Shown here: positions 50,040 to 62,900 of the stretch, piece by piece | Numbering within the stretch: position 1 is the stretch's first letter | Layout: the number at the start of each line of letters is the position of its first letter | Origin: Leptogorgia sarmentosa | Lineage: Eukaryota | Assembly (NCBI GenBank): GCA_964658305.1 | Contig: OZ210885.1 | Span: 17,918,001-17,982,000, forward strand | Length of the DNA: 64,000 nt | Direction of reading: 5' to 3' | The notes under the pieces: generated by a model | Told to the model about the DNA's origin: nothing | Databases searched by the model: none | The model's input: only the letters and a program-made list of their open reading frames with translations | Position numbers and translations under genes: made by a program

Positions 50040-51750
50040 AGGATATCGGTGGATACACATTCGACGGGATAGAGCATGCGGTCAAATTGTCCTCGCATGA
50101 AAACAGCAAGCACGCGCATTCATCTGTGTATGTAAGGACAAAGGAGAGTACTGTGAACTTGCTATGGCGCGAATCATCCACCCAAGCTCCTAAGGCAGCA
50201 TATCATACTGTTCACTACGAAAAAGGTGGTGTTATGAATGCCTCGTCCATTAGTGATCTTCCACGAAACCGAGCGCAAGCGAAGTATCTGCGACGTGGTA
50301 AGGCTGAAAAAAGAACCTTCAGCCAGTACGACTCTCTGGTTGTTCTACTAGAGCAATGCAAGCGTCAGCAAATTGAACGGGACGTTCAACCCTTTATCCG
50401 AGAAGTTGCAGGAGCTCCCGAATTGCGATGTGTCTTGGCATATGATTGGCAGCTTCGAGACGTAGCGACGTTTTGTACCGATCCGGCACAGTTCTCAGTG
50501 TTTGGTGCTGACCCAACATTTAACCTTGGAAGGGCAATCCTCCGACGGCATACTACAACAACATCCCTGAATCTGCAAACGCAATGATCAAGTGCAGGGT
50601 AAAGTTTAAAGAGAGTGAAATGGCATCATTTTGCAAAGAAATGAGTATTTTGTTGTCACGCCAGAAGGAGGATATCGAATCAGCCATATTTAACTACGGG
50701 CCTTATCGTTTGGCGCCGAAGTTTTCCTGCCACGAAGTGTCATCGGATTCGTGGTTCCAGATGAGCACCAAGCAGAAGGAAACGCACTTGAAGAAGTTTC
50801 ACAGCGAAAGTATGTCCGAGGAGAAATCTGAGCAGCGTGACGCTAACCGCCAACCAAATGCGTCAACTCAGGGACAAGTTCACCTTTCCGTGGATCTTGT
50901 TAAGCTAACAAGGCAATAGAACTGCTACGCAAGGAAGGTTCGGTGTTGGTGGCACCTGGTTGTGCAGACTCTGCTACATTTGTGGTAGAAAGTCAAACAT
51001 CTGAAAAGCCGCATTATGTGACCCAATGTAAAAATGGTAAAGTCACATGTAATGATTGTCCTGGTTGGAAGGCGTCGAAGATCTGCTCACACGCTGTAGC
51101 GGTAGCTGAGAAAACCAGCACACTTGCCAAGTACGTGAAGTGGTTACACCAGAAAGGTCCTGCCAGCATGAATGTCACAGCACTAGTGACATGCAACAGC
51201 AGCAGTGGAACAGGGAAAAAGGGTGGGAAAAACTCCACAGCAAGGAGAAAAGGTGGAAGAACTGCAAATGACTCTCCTATCACCCGGTAGTTGATCGACC
51301 ATTTCTTATTCCAACGGCACCCCCATCAAACCTTTCGAGTCAAAATTGGCAATCTCCGTCCGTGCCAGTTCCTGTTGTTCAACCTACCAGCCTGGAGCCA
51401 GTCCTGGACCCGCAGACGTACCGAGCTTTGAGGTTAATCTGTTGCGTTTTTGTCCCCCAATGGTACGCATGTGCTATGGTTGCTCCCGCGCGCTAAAGCC
51501 GGGGGGTGTTATCGCTAATCCACCATATGACATGACGATAACCTCCCGGATGAATAGGTGTTTCCGAACAACACCAGGAGGAGAACTGAACTACAAAGAA
51601 GGGAATGTTTACTTCCACGTGAATCTGGCTTGCATTCGAATGAGGCAACCATATTTTCTTCCCCTAATGGCAAAACTGCCCGCCATGCTCGTTCCTTACT
51701 TATTACCGGAACATCTTCACCTTTTACAAGAATTCGGTATGCAGCTGTAG
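50040..51750 (+). pseudogene. MULE/Mutator-like transposase remnant with SWIM finger
   Basis: ADPTFNLG joined by a deletion to YNNIPESANAMIK; SWIM-type CNDC...CSH; element end GGGTTAGGATAAAACGCGG with subrepeats at about 49008. Confidence 0.65.
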
Positions 51751-53400
51751 ATTTTTAATTTTGCCAGCTTTAATAGTCATGCAGGGAGACAGGAATAAAA
51801 CATCATGAAAAGTCACCATATCGGGAGCAAATAGCAGGGGCCACAAGAAATTTCAACGTACGTCGCCAATAGTCATAAATAAATATATTTACTAGCATCC
51901 AGAGCGCATGATGAAGACAGGATGAATTTGGCCCTCGTTATGGTGAGTTTTCTTCCTAGCTCCCTGACTGTGATATTTGGACGAACCTGCAGTGTAATAT
52001 ATCGTGTTGATGTTGAGTTTTTAATAGTTAAAATTAGTTCTCGGACATGATTAATCATTCTTTCTGATTTATTTGCATATCACGTTATAAATATTTATAA
52101 CATGATATTATGCAAATATGTCAGAACAAATAATAAATCATATCCGCGATATTTGGCCATTCAAAGTGGCAATAAGACTTAAAGGAGAGAACACGACACA
52201 GTGTCTTAGTAAACATAACAAAATTCTGGGGTAAATTTGTAAAAAAGTAACTGCATGACTAAACGTGTTGTTTTTAATTTAAATGTTTGCCTTTAGAGGT
52301 AAAGCCGTACCGGGTGGCGCAAAAAAGTGTGACTATTTGATTAAGCCATAACACGAAAACTGTAAACACTAGTACGTTAGAACATGCTTCGTTGTATCCA
52401 CCGATATCCTATTTAAATTTTGACATACGCCATGGGCATTTTCGTTCACTACTAGTACTATAGCTCAGTTTAAGCAAGAGTCAAGAATTCCTAAACAAAC
52501 AGTCAAAAATTAATGAGCTAAAAACGACGTATTAAAATAATTATTTAACTGCTTTACCATGTTTAGTAAGCACTATTTCAATGAAGGTGGTTGAATTGTT
52601 AAATTGCTAACTCAAGTTTACAAGAACTACATGGAGCTATAAAGATTGTTTTATTACACTACTTTTTATGGTCTTTCAATTCACACTTAATCAAACAGAC
52701 GTTAATTTTTTTTTTCACCACGCGGTATAAATATTTAGTCTTATTGTTACCAATTTTTTTTTTAATTTGTTAACAATTTTTCATGGTGATAACGTTTATC
52801 TAGAACGCAAACGTCGACAACGAGGCCTTCTAAACAATAGCCTAAAAGAAGGAAAAGTTATCGTATTTCTTACTCACAAAGCACCTCAAGAACAATTATC
52901 AGGTTTCTTAATGTCCTCAAAGGTCTTGTTTACAATGCTAGTGGGACTGTGGGAGTAATGTCATCTGGACGACGTCAGTTCTCATATGGAGCATGAAGGC
53001 TGGACTCAACATTGATTTTAACGATTTTAACACTAGGACTTCATAACAATAAACTATTTCCAAAAATCCCAACATCATACTTGGCATGTAAACAAGAACT
53101 TTAGTAAACCATATCGGCTTTCAAATGAGATTTTTTACCGCGTTGTAGGCCACCGCGTTGCGTCGTTTTGAATCTTAAACCTTTATTGACTAGAAACATT
53201 AAATAAATGTTCAAATTTCTTGTTTGGGGAAAACAGGCAGTTACTTCGTGTATTTCTTACCTATTTAGCGCATATAATACTTTATTTATATAATTATATC
53301 GCATTTTATCCCCATATCCGCGTTTTATCCCCATATCCGCTCCGCCAATCCGCTCCGCTCCGTCAATCCGCCCATTCGCTCCGCGTTTTATCCTAACCCT

Positions 53401-53985
53401 TTAAAATTTCAATCTGTTGCCTTGCCAAATGGTCTGATTGGAAATCTGGCCGGCCCATGGGGTAAGTATAAACACAATATAGATACTCTCTAGCTTGCAT
53501 ACAAACTAAAATATTTCAGTGTAATACATAATTATTTATATTTATAATTATACAATAATTACTTTATCATAGAGGGTCGAAAACATGATGCTGGAATGCT
53601 CGGAGAATCAGGACTTCTGGAGAACCCTGAAAGGGTGGCTTATTCGCCAAACAACGAGCCCTTGTGTTTGTATGGAGACCCTGCATATCCTCTAAGAAAT
53701 CATTTACAATCCCCATTTCGAAATGTTGTGTTGACCAGGGAAATGGAAGATTTTAACAAAGCAATGAGTTCAGTGCGAGTTACAGTAGAATGGCTATTTG
53801 GAGAGATTGTAAAATATTTTAAGTTCACCGATTTTAAACGACAGCAGAGTATTTCTCTTAGCCCTGTTGCAAAGTTCTACATAGTATGTGCTATTCTGCA
53901 AAATGCATTGACATGCTTGTACAACAATCCTGTTTCAACATACTTTGAACTTGATCCTCCATCTTTAGATGAGTACTTTTATTAA
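53401..53985 (+). pseudogene. HARBI1-like nuclease, 3' half (copy 2)
   Basis: Identical 129-aa ORF to copy 1; intron 53462-53572. Confidence 0.88.
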
Positions 53986-55511
53986 AACTTTTACAATAAT
54001 TATACTGCATGTAAAACATTTTGTAAATACAGTATACAACAACAACTTGTATAAAATGAGTAAAATGTCAATAGCATTTAAATGAGCTAGCTCACAGCTC
54101 GAATTGTGTTTAATGTGAAGTTTATTTCTGTGTTCGAAATTAAATTTGACATGATTTTTTTCCAAACAGCGCCAATCTCGCGAGATCCTTTAGGAAAATC
54201 GAACGGCCTTTCTGCCAGCATTTCTTTTACAAGTTCCAGGTCGTGTTGTGGTGTCCATTTCATGGCCACATTCGCTTTCCTTTACAATATAAAAAGAATT
54301 AACATAAACAAATTATTTAAATGTGTGAACAGATGTTAAAGTTATTTAAAAACTTTGAAAAAAATAAATACAAAGATCACAATCAGTTCGTATAATAAAC
54401 ACAAACGTGTAACCGTAGCCAATAGCGCAATACAAATTGTTTACAATATGTCAAGCGAACAATATGTTCAGAAATTACTGTTTATAATAACTACTAGGAT
54501 AGCATGAAGCGATACTTATCATTATTAGCAGTTATAAAAGCAATACTTACTTATTTTCGGCCATTTTTCTTTCCAAAACAGAGCAGAAATACAGAAGTTG
54601 TCTTGAAATGCCGTTCTGAACGCGCCGTCAAATAAAAGACAACGTGAAAATGTTTGTAGTGCCAGTCTTTTTGCTCGGCCAATGCCGTTGCCGTCGCCTT
54701 CGCGTTGTGTTTCCCAAACTCACTAATAAATAAGAAAGGGATGGAACGCCAAAAATCTTTCGTTCGACATGCACCGCAACACATGGTGACGGAAGTTAAC
54801 TCGACATTGTAACCGGAAGTAGAACCGAACCTAATTAACGGTGAATAACAGTTAATAATTCAAATAACTAGAAATACATACATGCAGCAACCCCTCGCCT
54901 TACTAGCCAATTAATGCAACTATATTTTTGGAACATGAAGTACTACAAAGGCTGCCTGAGGTTGTTGTCATGGCAACACGATCGGAAATTCATATTTCTG
55001 TAATTTTTTGAAGTTTTATATCTTCTGAGAAGGCTTTCCAAGTCTTACAGCGTAGGTCTTGTCTATGTTTTCGCCTTTCCAAAGGCCCAAAAGCTTTAAA
55101 AAGCTTTGGCTCTTCATGGTAGTCCAGTAGTCCACCATAATTTTGAGATCAGTGGTGACCACCCTTCGACGATGACCCAAAATGGCCGCCAAATCGAGCA
55201 ACTTTGAACTCGCTATGCGGAATTATTACCCTTGCCCCGGGCTAACGCCCAGACGGCGCTTGAGGACAATTAACAAATTTTAAAAAAACTGCAAAATTCA
55301 AAATCAAATATGGAATTAAGTTTTGTAACTAAAAGAAATGTGAATAATCCGGAAGAATTCGTTTCAAAAAAGGCTAAATTTTCTTGCAAAGCAACACACG
55401 CTCTTATATCTAGATGGTGAGCTTTTCAATAGTTTTAAAACAATTGTTCTTGAATCGATGGCCCCTGTGAATATATTCATACGGTGGCGGATAAGGGCCA
55501 CCACTACTGCA

Positions 55512-55646
55512 TGGAAATGCGACTGTGCTGCATAGAAATGCGACTGTGCTGCATCGAAATGCGACTGTGCTGCATCGAAATGCGACTGTGCTGCATAGAA
55601 ATGCGACTGTGCTGCATAGAAATGCGACTGTGCTGCGTAGAAATGT
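55512..55646. repeat. 21-bp tandem repeat, probably a transposon subterminal array
   Basis: GAAATGCGACTGTGCTGCATA, about 6 copies, shortly after a TACGGTGGC terminus-like motif at 55480. Confidence 0.8.
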
Positions 55647-56076
55647 GCATTCTTTTTCTGTATTGGTCAGGATTCGTCTTTCAGCAAGTGTCCTAAATAG
55701 AGGCAGTCACCCCCCTGAATGAAAGAACATTCTGAATATTTCCGGGGGGGGGTGACTGCCTCTGTTTAGAGCACATCTGTGAGGTATTTTGTGCAGGGGG
55801 GGGGAGCAAATATTTTCATAACACCACGAGGTCTACTCGATTATTACAATTTACTATCTGGGCAAAGACAAATAATGAAATCTTGTTGTGGGGAGCATTT
55901 CCAAGACAGCACAAATTTCTGTTCCAATTGTGGAAAGTTACTACTTAACAGTAAGTTTTGTAATTTGTAAACGTTTTAAAAATATATTGTAAAATCATTA
56001 ATAATTCATGAAGAAACTTATTGCTACCAGTCGATAGCCAATAGGTATGGACGTATGGTGGCCCACAAGTGGCTAT

Positions 56077-56237
56077 CTTTAAAACCCGGAACGGGGAATC
56101 GCGGAATGGAATGGAACGGAGAAAACCCGGAATGAGAAAATGCGGAATCTTTAAAACCCGGAATGAGAAAATGCGGAATCTTTAAAACCCGGAATGAGAA
56201 AATGCGGAATCTTTAAAACCCGGAATGAGAAAATGCG
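56077..56237. repeat. Tandem repeat (about 31-bp unit), transposon-end-like
   Basis: CTTTAAAACCCGGAATGAGAAAATGCGGAAT, about 4 copies. Confidence 0.75.
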
Positions 56238-56370
56238 CAATATATTTACTGAGCCATTGGCCAAAGGTGAAATGATTATAGACTTGTAAACACTGAGTGA
56301 TTATAATTGCCACTCTGAGCTATAGTACATCAGAGGTTTGACTACTGACTGTTATGCCGGTTTATAACAG

Positions 56371-57342
56371 GGGCCGGTTGTACGAAAGGCGTTTAAGTCG
56401 CTATACACCATTTAAAGGATTGAGAAATTGCGTTGTACGAAGCCCGTTTAGCGCAATCCACTGGTTAAATTTTGGCTAAACGATGGATAAAGTTAAACGG
56501 TCTCATGAGACCGTTTAACCCACTATCCGGCAGATAAATTAACATTTCAAAACATAATAATGAGGATTTCGGATTAACGAAGGAGAATTGTGACAGAAAG
56601 GGGGGGACTGTCTTTACTACAACGGACAAAAAGAAGTCAAGTGAGCACTCACCATCGACTTGTCTTGAGGTAAACTGAAGTCACCTCGAAAATGAATAAA
56701 AGGCTGCGACCTTGCTATACTTTCATAACGCACAAGTTTCCAGCGTGTTTATACGTTATATTCTTTGACTTTCCCGCTTCACACTTAATATATCGTGTTT
56801 AATAATAGCTGTAAAACTCCAACTTAAAGTCATTTTGAATGAACAATCGCTGTAGACGACCAAATATTAAGCGTACATAAATACACAAAGAAAAAGACGC
56901 CAAAAGCCCAAAATTTGAAAAGAACTTTGTTCGCTCGGTGTGACTTTGTTAAGCCAATCAAAATATGAGAGAAAATGTTCGAAAAATTGTTTTCAACAAA
57001 ATTCAAGGTCAAGGACAAGGATTATAATGTTGAAGTTGTTGTAAAATTAATTAAAAATATACTCGCACCGTTGTTTTCGAATTTCATGAAGCGTGATGTT
57101 ATACGAGAGTGAAATCTGCAACATTTTACCCTCAAGTACCAAGTTGAGGTGCACAAATTCTGGAAAATCCGTTTTTTTACGGGTAAATTTAAGTTTATCC
57201 ATCGTATAGTTAAACGCGATGCTAAACGGGCTTCGTGCAACGCGATTTTATCCGCTAGTTAACTATCCGCTGGATAGGAAATTTATACGTTGGATAATGC
57301 TTAAACGCCGTTTAAGTTAAACGCCTTTCGTACAACCGGCCC
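56371..57342. mobile_element. PIF/Harbinger-type MITE
   Basis: TIR GGGCCGGTTGTACGAAAGGCGTTTAA; 3-bp TSD CAG. Confidence 0.88.
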
Positions 57343-57651
57343 CAGGTCTATTAATAACTAAATCTAAAGCTTCTGTTCACCTAAACATGTATGTATTGAA
57401 TATGTTTGAACTTTGAAGAACATAGTCATAATGTATTCAGGTATTCATTGATTATTACAGCTTATTTAGTTACATTTTGTGCTTCTTAGTAGGTATGAAA
57501 CTGTTGGTATATGTTGCTTGATTGGTATTCCCAATGTTATTAGCTTGGGCATCTTTCTTGATTCTTTACACTGTGTCTCACTCTTTATTAAGAGCCAACT
57601 AGTTACATAGGTCCTGCTCTGAGAATCTGATTGATTCATTGATATAATGAT

Positions 57652-58196
57652 ATGCTTTACCAAATTGATTTTGAAACAGAGGCATTAGAACAAGTAAACC
57701 GAAGACTATTTTGCAATGGTTCTCCGGTGGTTAATATAACAGCTCTTGCTCAAGAAGAATTTAAAATAGCCGGCGAGCTTATGGCTAGCTCAATTGTGCA
57801 GGGAGGCCCAGCACCTTGTTTCGTGAGCTCGTCGGTCTATGAATACATTGTGAATGGTGTTGGGAGCATTCAGGCGGATGATGCAGACGAAATTGTTGAG
57901 AATCTGCATTTGAAAAATGCCATTGATAAGGTACCTTTGTCCTTTGTTAATCTACTATCACCATGCATGCATATGGCATTTTTTCATCATTCTGAAGAAA
58001 TTGTAACAATTTTTTATTATAATTTTGAGAAATAATGGTATTATTGTGCTTTGCTTTGTAGTTATGTGAATGCAATGATGATGAAGCACTTAAAAGTACT
58101 ATAATGTTAAATGAATTTTCTGATGTTCTTGAAAAAGTGGGCTATCGAGGAGTTCCATCAAGGGAAACTTTAGCATCTAAAGATGCTATCTTAAGG
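57652..58196 (+). pseudogene. Second HECT (G2E3-like) gene fragment
   Basis: FKIAGELMASSIVQGGPAPCF..SVYEYI parallels FKVAGKMVTASVCHGGPGLPVF..AVYSYI at about 42540; similar downstream exon boundary. Confidence 0.7.
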
Positions 58197-58603
58197 TAAA
58201 TAATACCTCATGCTAGTTATATATGTTCGGTATATCAAGCATTGTCACTAGCGAGCTCGAGGAAGTTCAGTGAATTTACGATCATTTGATGGTTTCAATT
58301 AGTCCAGTCATTCAGCTTGGATAAGAATTGATATGAAGGTTTTCTTTGCAATCGTGACACCTGTTTTGCTCTGGTCCAATATCCTTTGGAACATGCTGAG
58401 CGGTAACCGGCCTTAAATAGTACTAAAATATCAAGTTTTAGGATTGTTTAAAGAGTGATGGTCAATCACAATTCAGTGCGCGCTCGTGTTTGTTTACATC
58501 TGAGTTAGCCTGCATAACAGGGTGGACACGAAAGGTATACGACCTGATTATTTAAAAAGTTAAGAGTCACACATGCTTTATTTACTGTTGTATTTTGTTG
58601 AAA

Positions 58604-59677
58604 ATGTCGGATGAATCTTCAGATCCAGATTTAGCAGAAGAGCGGTATGATCCAGAGGATGATTTAAATGCTTATGGCTCACCTGTTTTGCGACCTGAAT
58701 ACGATATTAATATTAATGAGATGGTCGGACAATCAGATGTTGCCATTGTTGATCCTGTAAGAACACATGTGAGTGCAATGTATAGAAATTATAATATTTA
58801 CATATTTATATTGTAATGGCCCTTTCTTCATGACTAATGTCTGAACTTTAACTTTATTGCTGTTTATAGTTTTGCAGTTGTAAAAACACGTGTAGTAAAG
58901 GAAGCGGCAGGAAAAAGAAGGGTTGTCCTTGTCGTGATGAAGGATTGCAATGCACAGAACAGTGTTCCTGTGGAACGAAGAAAGCTTCATGCAAAAACAA
59001 GGCACAAAGTGGCCCATTGACACATGATCCAAGCGCAGGTCTTAACGCTTTTGAACGACATGCACTTGCTGTTGCAGAGGCAAAGAGAGAAATTACTGTA
59101 AGTCCTAACTCACATTTGCCCCACAGTGCCATCATTAGTTCTATCACTCACCAATTTTTCCGATTTTTTAAATTTCAGTTTTGTTTTACTTCAGGAATTC
59201 ATTTCAAGTCTTGATATAACCCAAAAGGATACACTGTTGGTGGAGTTATTATCAAATGGTAAGGGAAGTCTTGACTACGCCAAAAATTTGGTAAAGTTTG
59301 GTGGAGACATGCCACAAGGCCCTACAGAAAAACCACCATGGTGCACCTGTAGGGTTTGTCGACCGATGCCACATGAAGATGAAAATAAGTGTTGCGGTAA
59401 AATAAGATGTGTCACATCATATGTGACCTTTCAGAATATATGTACAGACCGCGAGGTTCTTACTATGGCAATAAGAGGCAGATCTGACATTCGTGCAGAT
59501 GAACCAGATTATTCCACAAATAGTTTTCGCAAGGCTGCATACCGTCAATATATTTTATGGCGATATAAAAAATTGGTAAAGGGAAACAGAAAAGTTGTGC
59601 CATCATGTGTTGTTCTTACAATAAGGCATTTATATCCAGCTGAAGATGGCGTGTACATGGGCTTCAAGAGGGCATGA
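58604..59677 (+). pseudogene. Cys-rich accessory gene with P2X7 C-terminal (ballast)-like domain
   Basis: WCTCRVCRPMP...KCC...FRKAAYRQYILW...NRKVVPSCVV.TIR.LYP; upstream CXC-like exon appears frameshifted; three exons. Confidence 0.75.
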
Positions 59678-59964
59678 ACAAAGTGTGACCAGATTGCCCT
59701 GTAAACGTTGGGTTCAAGATACTTCACTGTGACAATTCCCAACAAAAGAATTTTTTCATCAGCAAAACACAAAGGAAATCGTATTGCCTGCACAACTATT
59801 CTTTGTTAGTTTATCATACATATTGATTGAAAATATTAATACTTATTGTCACCACCTAGGGTAACATCCTAGACTGCCAGTGGTAATATTTTAATCCATA
59901 ACTGGCAGTACCAATTGTCACTGATACTATATGCTACACAAACTTACAAGAAAGATTACAGTGT

Positions 59965-62900
59965 TTATAACATAGGTGCATCTTCATCTGAAAATTGTTG
60001 TGGGTTTTCAACTGAAGTATCAAACTGGTTGCTGTTTGTTTCTTTCACTTCACTTCTGTCATCTTTGCCAAATCTTGTGAGGGCCTTACTGACAAGATCA
60101 CTGGTCTTTGGTATTGGTACCATGGCAATAGATGGTGCAATTCGTTTCAGGTGTTCTGCTGGAATCACAACTCTGCGAAGAATAGTGTTCCTGTCTTCAA
60201 TGCGATTATTGAGGACTTTGTAGGCTACAACTGGCCAATAATCATATGTTTTTTCTTCTTTAATAACAGAAATCTTCCAGTGCTTTGACCTTTTACTGTA
60301 AACCTTGTTATATTGCAACTTTCCATTTTTTGTAAGTTTTGGATTCCTGCCTATGTGTGAGTTGTGATCAATTGCTGCCAACAATACTCGAGCTGAGTAT
60401 GCCTCATTTCTATAAAATTGATACAGAAGAAAAATAATTGTTCTAGGCTACAGAGTTTTCCTATTGATGAATCAGGTATTAAACTAAAAAAAAAGTGTGG
60501 TACATTGCAGGCTCAATGTGTCAAACGGGTATTAACAGAGCCACAATACCACCTATTTTGTTTTACTTGTGTGTTAAGGTTAATATACTCACTGAAATCC
60601 AACCCGTTTTGGCACATATTTCAAGAGGAGCGAATTAAAGTTTTCTATTTTGCTTGTATGTCTGTAAAACATTCACACATTGAAAGTTAACTGACATCAA
60701 TACATACACTATAGGTAGACATTGATTTCACAACATGCCGTAAATTGTTTGAATGGCAGAAAACATGGTTTACTGTGTATACCTGAATGTCACATAGTAG
60801 TGAAGTGTGCTTAGAAATCGAGGATCAATCACTACTTTCCATATAGCTTCTAAAGCCTTTGTATTTTTTCCCAAAATTGTCTTTCCACCTTCTGATGTTA
60901 CCAAGGGTCCATGGTCGCATGCACCATCTGCCCACTCATGCTCACCTGTCACATGGTGTATTACACCAAACCAATTATCCTAAAATATAATATATGTAAC
61001 TATTGAAATATATATTCATTTGAATAAATATAGTTTTATAACAGCATAAATATTTGCAATGTTATTTATTAGTGGGTTTCATATACAGTACAGTTTCCAG
61101 AAGGGTGTACTACATCAAACAGTTGTACTCTTCAGTTGTTATTTGTATGGTACTCAGCTATCAGTTAGTTGGCAAAATATTCAGAAGTACAGTTTAATAG
61201 CACCTTCAATGTATTGACATCAGCATTGCAACTTTCAGCAACATGCCAAAAGTGGTTCCGAATCGGCTCTATCCATTCTGTAATAACTTCACAGTGTTTC
61301 ACCTTTGCAGCCTGCAACCACAATGAGAAACATTGTACAAATCTGAATATATATGCAGGATAGTACAAGGTTGGGAAAGAGACCTGACACATATGCAATA
61401 TTTGTGTTTAACTAAACATTGTGCCAGTGTCTGAAATAATTACCAGACATAGTTGCACAATATACAACTAATTCAAATGATTAAAAGTAATTCTGCAACT
61501 GGTTGCATTGCCATTTAATGGGTTAAACATTACTGGTAACATTACTGTACCTTTGACAATTTTTTGGTCAATTTTACAGATTTGTGCCATATGTCTAAGG
61601 CAATGAACAGATCTTGAAAATGCTCTGGATACCTTTCTATGAAATGTAAAACAAACAGATCACATATTTGTAGCAAAAATATGTACATGTGACATGTGGT
61701 AAATTATTTTTAAATCTCTTGAATGTGTAATTGTTTAATCCTAGAATAATTTAAAGATGGGCCTGAAAAGTTGATGATTTATTTTGGGACTCTGATTCAT
61801 CAGTACGAGTTATACCTTTGACAACAAACTCTCTGAACAGTTTGTCAATTGGGTTGCAAGTAAAACAATCAAACTTACCTTTCATTCGACGAACCAATGC
61901 AATTACAGTCGTGGAAGCATCTGTGACAATCTCTGTAATATTAAATTTCCCTGCAATCCTTTCCAAAAGATTCTTGAGAAAAAATACTTCCATATTGGTT
62001 GAAATACCACGAGTTTCTCTCTTGTCTGCATTTTCAACATCAACGATAATATTGAGAAATTGTTCCATCAATATATATGTACAGTATTTGGCACAGTGGC
62101 CAGGGGAATCGTTTCTGCCATCACCACAAAGTATGATGGTCTCTTTAGCCAACAGTGTCCATACATCTGTTTTCATTTCGTCCCAAAGTGAAGTGATTGC
62201 AGGAATAACATAGTTTCTTTGCAAGCGACTGAATGTTGCCTTTGAGATAAACCCCAAATTCATGAACTTGCAAAACATTAACATTTTGTCATAGTTATTA
62301 CCAGTGATGATAACTGCTGTAGCCAATAAAATGGAATTGGTGTAAATGTTCTGTCCCTCTTTTTGGCACAATAACCTAGAAGATGTCCAACGCCCTTGGT
62401 GGCCATTAGTACAATTCCAGTAAATACATAGAACTCCAGCCTCAGTCTTTGAAGTTGTTACTTTACTATTACCAGAACATGAATGATGCTGACAACCATT
62501 TTCGAACAATGGTAATAATGTATTTACATCAACAACTACTCTATCTTGTTTAACATGTTCACCATATAAGTGACTTTCTCTGCCAACTTTGTTAATTGAA
62601 GAGAACTTTTCTTTAATCATTTTCGTCATGCTACAAATATATTCATCCAATGTCTTTGGACCATATTCACATGATTGCGGATCATCACATGGTGGCAAAT
62701 CATCACATGATGGCAAATCATCACGTGGTGGCAAATCATCACATGATGGCAAATCATCACGCGGTGGCAAATCATCACATGATGGCAAATCATCACACGG
62801 TGGCAAATCATCACGCGGTGGCAAATCATCACATGATGGCAAATCATCACGCCGTGGCAAATCATCACATGATGGCAAATCATCACTTGATGGCAAATCA

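Larger units (their letters stand above)
46127..54724. mobile_element. Rearranged PIF/Harbinger element with nested MULE and an inverted duplication
   Basis: AGTGAGTTTGGG...CCCAAACTCACT ends, both flanked by AAT; Myb-like and HARBI1-like genes, each present in two inverted copies. Confidence 0.7.

Noticed and set aside
49008..53399. Element with genuine 1-kb TIRs, or a Kolobok/piggyBac at TTAA
   Set aside because: The inversion extends into flanking HARBI1 sequence and breaks inside a coding exon; the protein motifs are Mutator-like; the TSD cannot be determined.
59126..59677. Host P2X7 receptor gene
   Set aside because: No transmembrane or ectodomain exons; it is paired with a transposase.
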